DNA from: an uncultured Lentisphaerales bacterium
GTDB lineage: Bacteria; Verrucomicrobiota; Lentisphaeria; JABSQK01; UBA12247
Reading direction: 5' to 3'
DNA length: 64,000 nucleotides
Assembly: GCA_943788985.1 (NCBI GenBank)
Contig: CALSSJ010000017.1
Span: forward strand, 96,001-160,000
Position 1 is the stretch's first letter. Each line of letters starts with the position of its first letter. The notes under the pieces were generated by a model. That model was not told the origin of the DNA. It did not search any database and saw only the letters and a program-made list of their open reading frames with translations. This document shows positions 1 through 9,459 of this stretch, piece after piece. A program made the translations under genes and the position numbers.

Positions 1-1521
1 TAGGGTAGCCTCCTGTGGCTTTCGCAGGGTAATCCCGCGGCCGGAGAATGGCGGCAGCCAGACTAGCTCAGCGCCGTTGAGAGCGCGAATGACACGGCGC
101 ACTTGGTCGCCGTCTAGCCCGGACAGACGCTCGAGGTCTTCGTAGGTGATGTCGACCCCAAGGCTAAGTTCATGGCCGTAACGTTGGAGTAGGATGTGCA
201 TCATCCTGCCGCGCTGGGTGTCGGGCCTAGGGAACTTGCGCAAGGCTTCTTCGCGGGAGACTTGCATGCTTAGTTGCCCGCGGTTCTGGTGTCGGTTACC
301 TCGCACGATATACTCGTACTTCTCGAGCACTTTTAAGGCAGCGCTGATTTGTTGATCGCCTTTCACATCAGGGATGACATCGGCGAGCAATGCCTGGGAT
401 ACTTCAAGGTAGTTGGAGTTTTCCTGCATAGCCCGGGAGCGCAGTTCCTGGTAGACTCGGGTCACGACAAAGGGCGGCGGATTGCTCATCTCGATGAAGA
501 ACTCATGAATCATGCGATCCTGCTGGGAGAAGAAGAGGATGCAGCGGGCATCCTCGCCATCTCGGCCGGCCCGACCAGCTTCCTGATAGTAGGCCTCGAG
601 GCTGCCTGGGATATTGAAATGGATCACGCGGCGGACATCGGGACGGTCGATGCCCATGCCGAAGGCGTTGGTGGCCGCGACGACAGGACAGGCGTCATGA
701 GTGAAGTGTTCTTGGGCCTGGGTGCGTTCATCGTCCGTCATTCCGGCGTGGTAGCGAATGCAGCCAAGTTCGGCACCAAGCAGGTCGATGACCTTGCGTG
801 TGGCAGCGTAGATAATGGTGGGCGCCGGTTCCTCTGCCAGCATCTTCTGGATCTGCTTGATCTTGCGCTCCTGGCTGTTGGTCGGGAGGCAGGAAAAGGC
901 AAGATTCGGCCGGGTGAAGCCAGTCACGAAGACGGACAGCTCTCGCCGTAGTTGGGTGGTAATGTCGGCACGCACCACTGGCGTGGCGGTCGCGGTAAAG
1001 GCGCAGACCTGCGCAATGTTCAGATCCTGCAGATGCTGCCCCATACGCATGTAATCTGGCCGAAAATCATGGCCCCACTGGCTGATACAATGGGCCTCAT
1101 CAATCACGGCCATGGATGGTGGATGGGTCTGCAGCAAACGCCGGAATGATTGGGAGCGAAACCGTTCCGGCGCAACATACAGCATCTTCACTTCATTGCG
1201 GGCAACACGCGCCATGGTCTCCTGCTGCTCAGTTGGAGACATGGTGCTGTTGATGAATGTGGCGGGGATGTTCTTGCGCAGCAGCCCGTCTACTTGATCC
1301 TTCATCAGCGAGATGAGCGGCGAAAAGATGAGGGCATAGCCGGGTTTCATCACGGCAGGGAGCTGATAACACAGGGATTTTCCGGCACCTGTCGGCATGA
1401 CCACGCACATCTCCTCGCCATGAAGGATGCGTGAGATGACTGCTTCCTGCCCTTCCAGAAACGCATCGTGCCCGAAGTATTGGGCGAGCGCGTCGAGTGG
1501 GCCATTGTCCTGCCCTTCCAC
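1..1521 (-). CDS. recQ: RecQ family ATP-dependent DNA helicase (3' end beyond window)
   Basis: Manual translation from GTG at 1521: ..YFGHDAFLEGQ..VMPTGAGKSLCYQLPA..SPLISLMKDQV..YVAPERF..VIDEAHCISQWGHDFRPDY..TATAT..YHAG..ATNAFGMGIDRPDVRRVIH..YYQEAGRAGRDG; open to base 1, so absent from the ORF track. Confidence 0.95.
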   Translation of the reverse strand, partial: MEGQDNGPLDALAQYFGHDAFLEGQEAVISRILHGEEMCVVMPTGAGKSLCYQLPAVMKPGYALIFSPLISLMKDQVDGLLRKNIPATFINSTMSPTEQQETMARVARNEVKMLYVAPERFRSQSFRRLLQTHPPSMAVIDEAHCISQWGHDFRPDYMRMGQHLQDLNIAQVCAFTATATPVVRADITTQLRRELSVFVTGFTRPNLAFSCLPTNSQERKIKQIQKMLAEEPAPTIIYAATRKVIDLLGAELGCIRYHAGMTDDERTQAQEHFTHDACPVVAATNAFGMGIDRPDVRRVIHFNIPGSLEAYYQEAGRAGRDGEDARCILFFSQQDRMIHEFFIEMSNPPPFVVTRVYQELRSRAMQENSNYLEVSQALLADVIPDVKGDQQISAALKVLEKYEYIVRGNRHQNRGQLSMQVSREEALRKFPRPDTQRGRMMHILLQRYGHELSLGVDITYEDLERLSGLDGDQVRRVIRALNGAELVWLPPFSGRGITLRKPQEATL

Positions 1522-1524
1522 GTG

Positions 1525-2088
1525 TTACGTATCCTGCATGTACAGCTGCCGGTTTTCGTAGAAATAGGACCAGCCGGAATATGCGGTAAACGCGGCAACG
1601 CCGTAGAGCGTCCAGGTCCATGCCACTTGGCAGGTCTCGAGCGGCAGCCAGCCTACCCAAAGTGCGCCGCCGAAGACAAGCCCCAACATCTGACAGGTGG
1701 TCTTGGCCTTGCCGATGTTGTTCGCGGCCAGGGCGATATTTCGCTTGGCAGCAAGTGAGCGCAGCCCAGTCACGCCAAATTCTCTCGCAACAAGAACCAC
1801 AGCGATCCAAGCCGGACATAGCTCGTGTCCGACGAGCGTCACGTAGCTCCCAACCGTAAACACTTTATCCGCGAGGGGGTCGATCAACTTCCCAAAGTCG
1901 GTCACTAAATCGTACTTGCGGGCAATGTACCCATCCAAGATGTCGGTGAACCCGGCCACAATGGCCATGAGGTACGCGATCTTCCACCAGAGCAAATGCC
2001 CCTCGACCGACGCCGGAATCGCAGCAAGTCCCAAGAAGACACCGGTGGCAAGGAAACGGCTGACTGTCAGCTTATTAGGTAAGTTCAT
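1525..2088 (-). CDS. pgsA: CDP-diacylglycerol--glycerol-3-phosphate 3-phosphatidyltransferase
   Basis: MNLPNKLTVSR start; TDILDGYIARK..FGKLIDPLADK CDP-alcohol phosphotransferase motif. Confidence 0.93.
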   Translation of the reverse strand: MNLPNKLTVSRFLATGVFLGLAAIPASVEGHLLWWKIAYLMAIVAGFTDILDGYIARKYDLVTDFGKLIDPLADKVFTVGSYVTLVGHELCPAWIAVVLVAREFGVTGLRSLAAKRNIALAANNIGKAKTTCQMLGLVFGGALWVGWLPLETCQVAWTWTLYGVAAFTAYSGWSYFYENRQLYMQDT

Positions 2089-2265
2089 GGAAAAGGGTGG
2101 CGCGTCCAAGTGATTGAAACAGTACGGGTACAACTGCCCGCAATGCCTGCCATTCACGCAGCCACGACCCGCAGGAACGATTGGAAATCGGCGATCCTGG
2201 CAAACGCTCCTGATACCTGTTAGACTGCGCTATGACTTTTATGATTTCGCGCAGATTTGAGACCT

Positions 2266-2915
2266 ATGAATTAGCACTCTTTTCACGCCTTGGCGTTTGC
2301 CCTGATTTTGAGTCTTTCGGTGCACGCTGAATACACAGCCCGACCAGAAACCGAGCGAGAACTTCTAGACCTGTGCCTGGAAGAGCTCATGGATCTCAAG
2401 GTGACCACCGTCTCAAAGCGGTCCACACCGTTTTCGGATAGACCCGCGGCGGGTTTCGTTTTGACTCGTGCAGAGTTGATTCGCTTTAGCGTCTCGCAGA
2501 TAACAGATGCGCTGCGATTGGTTCCGAGCGTGCAGGTCGCGCGACTAGATTCGAAGAAGTGGGCGATCATGGCACGCGGGGGCGGAACTCTGCTCGCGAA
2601 TAAGATGCTGGTGATGATCGATGGGCGAAGTGTCTGCAATAAGATTTTCTCAGGCGTGCTGTGGCATAACCCCGATCTGCAGTTCGAGGACATTGAACGC
2701 ATTGAGGTGGTTCGCGGCCCGGTAAGCTCATCCTGTAGGCCAACGCTGTGAACGGAATTATCAACATCATTAACCGTCCAGCTCAGAGGCGCTTGGCGGG
2801 GGCATCGAGCTCGCTGTGGGGAACGGGGCGGCGAACGGCCATCCGCGGCGTTGCATGCCGCGCACATGCCAAAATCTAACGTTAATTCCGCGTGGGCCCG
2901 ACGTACAGGTTCTCG
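2266..2915 (+). pseudogene. TonB-dependent receptor remnant (plug domain only)
   Basis: LEELMDLKVTTVSK..DALRLVPSVQVA..LVMIDGRSV..DIERIEVVRGP, then ANAVNGIINII in a shifted frame; ATG 2266 has TAG at codon 3; beta-barrel missing. Confidence 0.8.
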
Positions 2916-3300
2916 TCTGATTTTAAGTATTTTCTCACAGTCACCGTTTTCTGTGCGGCCGTCTCCACGTTCGCGCAGGAGCCAGCGCCCGCAGGCCAGA
3001 GTCGTCTGCAGGCGATGATCGTGTATAACATCGCACGATCTGTAACCTGGCTGGCGGCAGACTCTCTGCCGAGGAATCGGTTTCGCATAACCGTGGTAGG
3101 TGGGACTGCCCATACCAGCGGGCTCTCGGCCCTGGCTTCGCGGAAAGTGATGGGCCTGCCAATCGAGGTTGTGGATGCCAAGGTCAATGCTCAGTCACCC
3201 GCGGACATGATCTACGTGGCCTCCGCTGCCCCGGTCTTGCAGCATAGCGTAGTCGGCAAGATCAGCGATCGACAAGTTTCCGCAGCGTTCCTATGTAAAG
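2916..3300 (+). pseudogene. YfiR/DUF4154-like periplasmic protein remnant
   Basis: Signal-like FLTVTVFCAAVSTFA then RLQAMIVYNIARSVTW..FRITVVG, resembling the YfiR KAAFLYNFAKFVEW motif; expected position after this receptor type. Confidence 0.6.
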
Positions 3301-3329
3301 CCCTCCGTACGCGACCGAGGGACCGGGAT

Positions 3330-3945
3330 TACGCGGACATCTCCGAGAGCATCTTCGAGCCGTTCTTCAAGACCAAGCCCTTAGGCTAGGGCACCGGTCG
3401 CGGGCTATCCGCTGTCTTTGGCATCGTCCCCCAAACCGGCGAGATTCTTGATGTGGAAACCCACGTGGGCCCGGGGACGTCCATTCACATCTACCTACCG
3501 GAATCTCGCAGCAGCAAAACCGATACGATCCAAACCAGCATCGAGGAAATGCCACAGCGCGGCGATGAAAAGGTCTTAATCGTCGAGGATGAAAGCAAAG
3601 TGCGCAAGATGGCCATGGACGTACTTTCCGGTTACGGCTACACCGTGCTCTCGGCAGGTTCAGGAGAGGAGGCACTCAATACTGCTCGCGGAAAAGGGGG
3701 GCGTAGATCTACCGCTAATGGATCGAGTGATGCCGGGCATCAACGGGCACGCGCTGAGCATCCGGGTTTGGGCAGTGTTTCTCAAATTTAAAGTTCTGTA
3801 CATGTCCGGCTAGGGCGGGGACACCTTGATTAGCTAGGGACCTAGAGGGGCGAGATGCTCAACAAGCCATTCGCGCCCAAAATACTGTTACGCAAAGTCC
3901 GAGAGATCCTGGAAAAGCCAGCCCGCACCATTACTTGGGGCGTGC
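3330..3945 (+). pseudogene. Hybrid histidine kinase C-terminal remnant (HATPase end + receiver)
   Basis: IFEPFFKTKPLG*GTGRGLSAVFGIV with in-frame TAG 3387-3389, KVLIVEDE, frameshifted MPGING..VLYMSG* and KPF. Confidence 0.8.
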
Positions 3946-3949
3946 GCAG

Positions 3950-4369
3950 TTAGAGATCTGCGACTTCCATGTCCGCAATCCAGACAATGGTGGCATCCTG
4001 ACTGGCGTCATTCATGATCAACACCGAAGCATGATCCACGTCCACTGTCAGTGACGCTACCTCAGTCGAGGCAGCTGCCGCCGGAACTGCTGGCCGCAGA
4101 AACAACGCTCCGGCGATCGCGACTGCTGCAAGCGAACTGGTCAAAAACCAGAGCCCGGCTCGCCCGCGGTGTACCATCGTCGCATCCTGATGCACTAGGG
4201 ACAAGCGAGCCCGCGCATCTTCCTGAAACGACTCCATATCCGGCATACGCTCGGTGACCGCTTCCGCCTTCAATCCGCGCTCTATTTGATTCCAATTCAA
4301 AAGCTGGCTCCCTTGTGCTTTGCCTGCTAACCATACATCGTGTGCGAGCGTGAGACGAACCGCAATCAC
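3950..4369 (-). CDS. Hypothetical single-TM protein, anti-sigma-like layout
   Basis: Central hydrophobic helix, C-terminal ATIVWI; start uncertain. Confidence 0.45.
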   Translation of the reverse strand: MIAVRLTLAHDVWLAGKAQGSQLLNWNQIERGLKAEAVTERMPDMESFQEDARARLSLVHQDATMVHRGRAGLWFLTSSLAAVAIAGALFLRPAVPAAAASTEVASLTVDVDHASVLIMNDASQDATIVWIADMEVADL

Positions 4370-4493
4370 GGTCTATTCAACGTTTTCGGCAGATTTTTAA
4401 AAACTTCTTTGAGAACGTCTGCCCGGACCAATGTTGCAGGCAAGACTGTACCGCCCTATTGTACTGGCGACTCGCACTACAAAGGACCGCCCC

Positions 4494-6416
4494 ATGCACA
4501 CAGGTACTCGGCTGATTATAGGCGGCATTGCCATTGCGGCCATAGCCGTCGCCGCGCTCACAGCGAACGATGGCGAGGCACCCGATGCGAGCAAGGCTCA
4601 CCGGGAGCTCTGCATTCAGACTGCGGAGTCCGCAGCTGCACTACTCTCTCGGGCCGACCTCAAGGATGACCAGTTCGCTCAGCTGAGCAAAGCCATTGCT
4701 GCTGCCTTGGGGCAGCCTGATGCACAGCTTATGGTGATTGACCGCCAAGGTATCATCCTCAAAGGTGCAAATGGCGTCTCCGGCAAGCGAGTGTCAAGGA
4801 TGTACGAGTCGCTGAACGTCGACGACCTATATCTGGATTTTGGTGAATCGCGCGTCATCACTGGCGCGGGCTCAGACCTGCATGCCATCGGATTGGGGCG
4901 CGGGGCGACCGTTGTCCTCGCCGCGTCTCCTCCTGCTCCCAGACAAAACAGCAACAGCAGCAGGGGCCTGTTGCTGGTCGCCCTCGTCGCCACGCTAATT
5001 CTCTTGCTCGGTTCTTTGAAAGGAACTGGAAGCGGCGCCAACCTCGAGCCACTTCGCACCGCTGCCAGCCGTATTCTGCAAGGGAAAGTGGTGTCCCCGG
5101 TTACGGACAAGCCCGCGGGAACCGAAGTAATTGTCGATGCCTTCAATCTGCTCAACGAGCGCGCCCAGCAGAACGAGGAACTGGAGGAGCAACTGCTCCG
5201 CTCGCAGAAGATGGAAGTGGTGGGCACACTCGCGAGCGGCATTGCCCACGACTTCAACAACGTACTCGGCGGCATCAGTGGTGCGTTGGACCTGATCCGC
5301 AGCGAAATCACCACACCGGATGTCATGCCTGACACACATATCATTTCCAGCATGGCACGAGTAGCCGTGGACTGCGTGCAGCGCGGGCGCGAGACAGTGG
5401 ATCGCCTGCTCTCTTTTTCACGCAAAAACCAACAGCGCAAAGAGTGCGTAGACGTAAATGTGGTCATCCCCAGTGTCCGCAAGATGTGCGTGCATACCTT
5501 TGATACGCGGATTGAAATCATTGCCGAAACTGTCGAAGAAGACGCTCTCATTTGCGGGCACCGCAGCGATTTGGAGCAGGCCCTGCTAAACGTCTGCTTC
5601 AACGCGCGCGATGCGATGGATGGCTGTGGCAAGCTGATCCTCCGCGTCGCGGTTCAGGACGCAGACGAGTTGAGAACGCGCACCAGCCATCAACTGACTG
5701 CCAGACGCTACGTGATCATCCTCGTCCGTGACGATGGCAGCGGCATGAACAGTGAAACCATGGCAAGAATCTTCCAGCCGTTCTTCACCACCAAGGCCAA
5801 GGGCAAAGGCACTGGCCTTGGCTTGGCCAATGCCTACCGGATCATCGAGGATTCCGGTGGCTGGATCGACGTGCAGAGCAAAATCGGCGAAGGAACCTCA
5901 GTCTTCTTCTATCTCCCAGCGGAGTCGGTCGCCAAGGACCAGGCCATGCTAGTCGGCTCCTTCCCTGATCCAGTCCCTATTCCCGACGAACAAACGCAAC
6001 TGGGAATACCCGCGCCGGCTCCCGATACGCAACTAGGGAGCAAGCAGACAATTCTGATCATCGAAGACGATGGCATTCTGCGAGAGTTGACCGCTTCGCA
6101 CTTGGAAACACTGGGCTTCAATGTCATTTCTACCACGACTGGAGAAGAGGCACTTACTGCCTTTGACGATAATATTGGCTCAATCGACGGGATCCTGCTG
6201 GACCTGATTTTGCCGGGAATCTCCGGCGAGGACGTGTTTAAAAAAATTCACAAGGATTCTCCGGAGACAAGGTTTCTGGTGACGAGTGGCTCCAACAACG
6301 ATGACCTGATCACGGAAATGATCATCAATGGCTGCAAAGGCTTCCTGCCGAAGCCATATTCGCTGGATGAACTGTCAGCCTCAGTCACCAACGTATTGCT
6401 GGCAAATGGACGCTAA
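4494..6416 (+). CDS. Membrane hybrid sensor histidine kinase/response regulator
   Basis: Two TM segments, H-box [12 protein letters not shown]-box NARDAM, DDGSGM, FFTTK..GTGLGL, C-terminal receiver ([16 protein letters not shown]). Confidence 0.92.
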   Translation: MHTGTRLIIGGIAIAAIAVAALTANDGEAPDASKAHRELCIQTAESAAALLSRADLKDDQFAQLSKAIAAALGQPDAQLMVIDRQGIILKGANGVSGKRVSRMYESLNVDDLYLDFGESRVITGAGSDLHAIGLGRGATVVLAASPPAPRQNSNSSRGLLLVALVATLILLLGSLKGTGSGANLEPLRTAASRILQGKVVSPVTDKPAGTEVIVDAFNLLNERAQQNEELEEQLLRSQKMEVVGTLASGIAHDFNNVLGGISGALDLIRSEITTPDVMPDTHIISSMARVAVDCVQRGRETVDRLLSFSRKNQQRKECVDVNVVIPSVRKMCVHTFDTRIEIIAETVEEDALICGHRSDLEQALLNVCFNARDAMDGCGKLILRVAVQDADELRTRTSHQLTARRYVIILVRDDGSGMNSETMARIFQPFFTTKAKGKGTGLGLANAYRIIEDSGGWIDVQSKIGEGTSVFFYLPAESVAKDQAMLVGSFPDPVPIPDEQTQLGIPAPAPDTQLGSKQTILIIEDDGILRELTASHLETLGFNVISTTTGEEALTAFDDNIGSIDGILLDLILPGISGEDVFKKIHKDSPETRFLVTSGSNNDDLITEMIINGCKGFLPKPYSLDELSASVTNVLLANGR

Positions 6417-7062
6417 GCTTCCTGGCTGCGTGCTGTTTGACCTCGACGGCACCCTGGCCCATACACTGCCAGATATCGCCGAAGCCGTGCGCCAGACCGT
6501 TTGCCGCCAGCGCCCCCCGCCGGATGACACCGTCGCCACCTGGATCGGCCACGGCGTGCAGCGTCTCGTGGAACGAGCACTCGCTGGTAAGATTGATGCC
6601 CCCGAAGATCCGCCCGGGCTGGAGGCCGCGCTTGACGCATTCGGCACCTTCTATGCCGCGCACGCCTGCGAACAATCCGCGCCATTCCCCGGCGCCCTCA
6701 CCTTGCTCCGCCAGCTGCGGGACTCTGGACGCAAGACAGGCTGCGTCACCAACAAGGGCAGATACTTCACCATCCCCATGCTGGAGGCATTCGAACTTGC
6801 CACGCTGCTCGACGTCGTAGTCTGCGGCGACGACCTACCCCAGCGTAAACCAGATCCTGCTCCGCTGTTCCATGCCTTAGACCTACTGGGAGAGAAAGAT
6901 TCCGTGTATATCGGTGATTCGCGAGCGGACTTTGATGCAGCCGCCAACGCCAAAATCCCATTCATTGGCGTCAGCTTTGGCTACGATCATGCGGCACCAC
7001 TGTCCCAAATCCCTGGGATCCATTTGCTGGATTCCTTCGCAGATCTGGCACGCCTGCTTTGA
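6406..7062 (+). CDS. gph: Phosphoglycolate phosphatase (HAD family)
   Basis: FDLDGTL, VTNK, RKPDPAP, YIGDSRAD. Confidence 0.8.
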   Translation: MDAKLPGCVLFDLDGTLAHTLPDIAEAVRQTVCRQRPPPDDTVATWIGHGVQRLVERALAGKIDAPEDPPGLEAALDAFGTFYAAHACEQSAPFPGALTLLRQLRDSGRKTGCVTNKGRYFTIPMLEAFELATLLDVVVCGDDLPQRKPDPAPLFHALDLLGEKDSVYIGDSRADFDAAANAKIPFIGVSFGYDHAAPLSQIPGIHLLDSFADLARLL

Positions 7063-7850
7063 CTCCCATCGACTTCACCAAGATGCAGGGTGCTGGCAAT
7101 GACTTCGTGGTCATCGAGGATTGTGATGAGCAGCTTCAGCTCAGTGCTCAGCAGCTTCAATTCCTAGCAGATCGCCGCTGCGGAATCGGCTCAGACGGCA
7201 TTCTTCTGCTTCGTAAAGACGCCGATTTCGCCTACCGCATGGTGTTCTTTAATCCCGATGGTGGCCGGGCCGAAATGTGCGCGAATGGAGCGCGTTGTAT
7301 CGCCCGCTTTGCGGTCGAGCGCGGCCTGGCCCCCGAGAGCCACACCTTTCTCACAGACGCCGGTGTCCTCTCAGCCAACGTTGAGGGCGAGCGCGTTCAG
7401 CTCATCATGCCGCTGCCTTCCAGCGTCCAACTGCACCACACGCTCAGCTACGACGACCGCTCTCCCGTCCCAGTACACCTGGCCAATACCGGTGTGCCGC
7501 ACGCAGTGTACTTTGTCGCTGACGTGTCCGCGGTAGACCTTGCGGACATCGGCCCAGCGATCCGTTACCATCAGGACTTCAGCCCCACCGGGACCAACGC
7601 CAACGTCGCGGCCGCCGCTGATGGCGAGCTTCGCATTCGCACGTGGGAACGGGGCGTCGAAGCCGAAACACTGGCCTGCGGCACAGGCGTGACAGCTGCG
7701 GCTTGGCTCGCACGCGAGCTAGGCCTCGTTCACTTTCCCCTACGAGTCCACACGCAGGGCGGAGACGTCATTACCATCGCCGAAGATCACGGTCAAGTCA
7801 TTCACACTGGCCCCGCCGAAATTGCCTTCCGAGGCCAGATCTCCTTATGA
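7059..7850 (+). CDS. dapF: Diaminopimelate epimerase
   Basis: FTKMQGAGNDF, EMCANGARC, GVPH, ERGVEAETLACGTG. Confidence 0.96.
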   Translation: MTPIDFTKMQGAGNDFVVIEDCDEQLQLSAQQLQFLADRRCGIGSDGILLLRKDADFAYRMVFFNPDGGRAEMCANGARCIARFAVERGLAPESHTFLTDAGVLSANVEGERVQLIMPLPSSVQLHHTLSYDDRSPVPVHLANTGVPHAVYFVADVSAVDLADIGPAIRYHQDFSPTGTNANVAAAADGELRIRTWERGVEAETLACGTGVTAAAWLARELGLVHFPLRVHTQGGDVITIAEDHGQVIHTGPAEIAFRGQISL

Positions 7851-8866
7851 AGTTGCGAGGTCCGCAACTTGCCGTCCTGTTGGCCATCAGCGCCAGCGCG
7901 CAGACCCTTCACGAGCCGCTCGACGAATCGCTGCAGCGAGAAGGCCAGAGCGCGCTGGGACGTGGTGTCGCCTATCTGGTCAATGAGCAGAAGCGAAACG
8001 GTTCGTGGGGCGATGACCTCGGAGCCACAGCATTCTGCCTCTACGCCCTCGAGCTGTCTCGCGCTTCGGTCAAGAAATCGACAAAGGCGCTTGCCGCTGG
8101 CTTTGTCATTACTCGTGCTGCAAAACTAGACACCTTGGAGGTCGCCGACCGCGTTTATGCGGTCAGTGCCGCGATTTTGGCCTTGTCTGCCCACTCAGCG
8201 GAGAAACACGCGGGAGTTATCGCCACTCTCCACGACCAACTGCTGAAGTCACAGCCGCAGTTGTGGGCACGTCAGACCGCCACCTATGGCAACCAGGATC
8301 GGCATGCCTACATCACAGACGTTCACTGGGTGCTGGAGGCATGTGCGGCCGTCGAGCTTCCTGCCATAGTCTCTGGGCGCGCCGCACAATTTCTCAGCGA
8401 CTGTCAGATTATCGATGACTCACTCGGCGACAGCTTTACCGGAGCATTCGCCTACTCCCCATCAGCCCTCAAAAGCAAGCCCCCCCACCGCATCTGGGCT
8501 CAGGGCAGCTTCACCGCAGCTGGTATCAAGAGCCTACTCTTCTGCAATGTGCCCACGGACGATTCTCGGATTCAGCTGGGTCTGGAGTGGCTTGCCCGCT
8601 ATCCCAAGCCCGTAGAAAACCCGAAAGCCGGAAGTGCTGGCTACTACAGCTACCTGTATTTGCTCTCGACCATGAACAGGATGCTTCAGGCGCAGGCTGC
8701 GGTACCGGTCCGTCACCGCCACATGCAGAGAGCCATCTGCGAAGAAGTCTTGGCACGCCAGCGCGGCGCTGGAAACTGGGAAAGCGACAGCATTCTCTGG
8801 CGAGAAGGTGACCGCAACCTGTGCACCGCCTATGCGATCATCGCCCTCAGCCTCACCCTCGAGTAA
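7847..8866 (+). CDS. Secreted prenyltransferase/squalene-oxidase repeat (alpha-alpha toroid) protein
   Basis: Signal peptide; QW-like motifs YLVNEQKRNGSW, FLSDCQ..GAFAY, LARQRGAGNW; ATGA overlap with dapF. Confidence 0.7.
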   Translation: MKLRGPQLAVLLAISASAQTLHEPLDESLQREGQSALGRGVAYLVNEQKRNGSWGDDLGATAFCLYALELSRASVKKSTKALAAGFVITRAAKLDTLEVADRVYAVSAAILALSAHSAEKHAGVIATLHDQLLKSQPQLWARQTATYGNQDRHAYITDVHWVLEACAAVELPAIVSGRAAQFLSDCQIIDDSLGDSFTGAFAYSPSALKSKPPHRIWAQGSFTAAGIKSLLFCNVPTDDSRIQLGLEWLARYPKPVENPKAGSAGYYSYLYLLSTMNRMLQAQAAVPVRHRHMQRAICEEVLARQRGAGNWESDSILWREGDRNLCTAYAIIALSLTLE

Positions 8867-9356
8867 CCAGATACGCTGCGAACTTCGCAACCCAGTCAAT
8901 CTGGTTCTCGGTATCGGGTACGGCCAAACCTCGTGCTTCGCTCATCCATTGAAACGCTTGCGCCGTATCGACGCCAAACGACACCATCAGAGACGTCGCG
9001 ATCATCGACGCACGACCAATCCCCATCCGGCAGTGAGCCACCACGGGCGTCCCACTCACGACAGCCACCTTCAGTGAATGGATAAACAGTGACCATTCTG
9101 GCATCGATGATGGGATCCCTATATCAGTGATCGGGAAGCGACGGAACTCAATGTCCTGTGCCTTGCAGAACCGCGCCTCGTCCTGAATATCGAGTTCCCG
9201 CATCTCGCTATCGGTAAGCGCAGAAGCGACGACTCCCACACCTGCAGTCTTCCAGGATACGACCTCATGCTCAAGCCAATCCCCGCCCCGCGGGCGCGCC
9301 ATGGTCCCAATTCGGCCATGCGGAAATTCTTTGAGCCAATAAATGTCAGCGATCAT
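8853..9356 (-). CDS. Dual-specificity/tyrosine protein phosphatase
   Basis: P-loop HCRMGIGRA, FPITD acid loop, VPDTENQ. Confidence 0.88.
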   Translation of the reverse strand: MIADIYWLKEFPHGRIGTMARPRGGDWLEHEVVSWKTAGVGVVASALTDSEMRELDIQDEARFCKAQDIEFRRFPITDIGIPSSMPEWSLFIHSLKVAVVSGTPVVAHCRMGIGRASMIATSLMVSFGVDTAQAFQWMSEARGLAVPDTENQIDWVAKFAAYLVTRG

Positions 9357-9387
9357 CGCTTACCTTCGTCAATGTCAACAGCAGACC

Positions 9388-9415
9388 GAAAGGATCGAAT
9401 CGAGTCGATCCTTTC
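9388..9415. repeat. Perfect 11-bp inverted repeat hairpin
   Basis: GAAAGGATCGA-atcgag-TCGATCCTTTC; no clear U tract. Confidence 0.7.
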
Positions 9416-9459
9416 AATGGCCCCATTCTTGAGTACTGGCTGGGAAGCATCTATACGTG

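Noticed and set aside
349..1434. Plus-strand ORFs 349-951, 952-1149, 1150-1434 separated by single stops (look like readthrough)
   Set aside because: They are the antisense shadow of recQ
2271..2297. TTAGCACTC, a CIRCE half-site
   Set aside because: No GAGTGCTAA at +9 and not upstream of chaperone genes; it overlaps the pseudogene's early stop codon
2749..2751. TGA as possible selenocysteine codon
   Set aside because: Explained by a frameshift; homology continues in another frame
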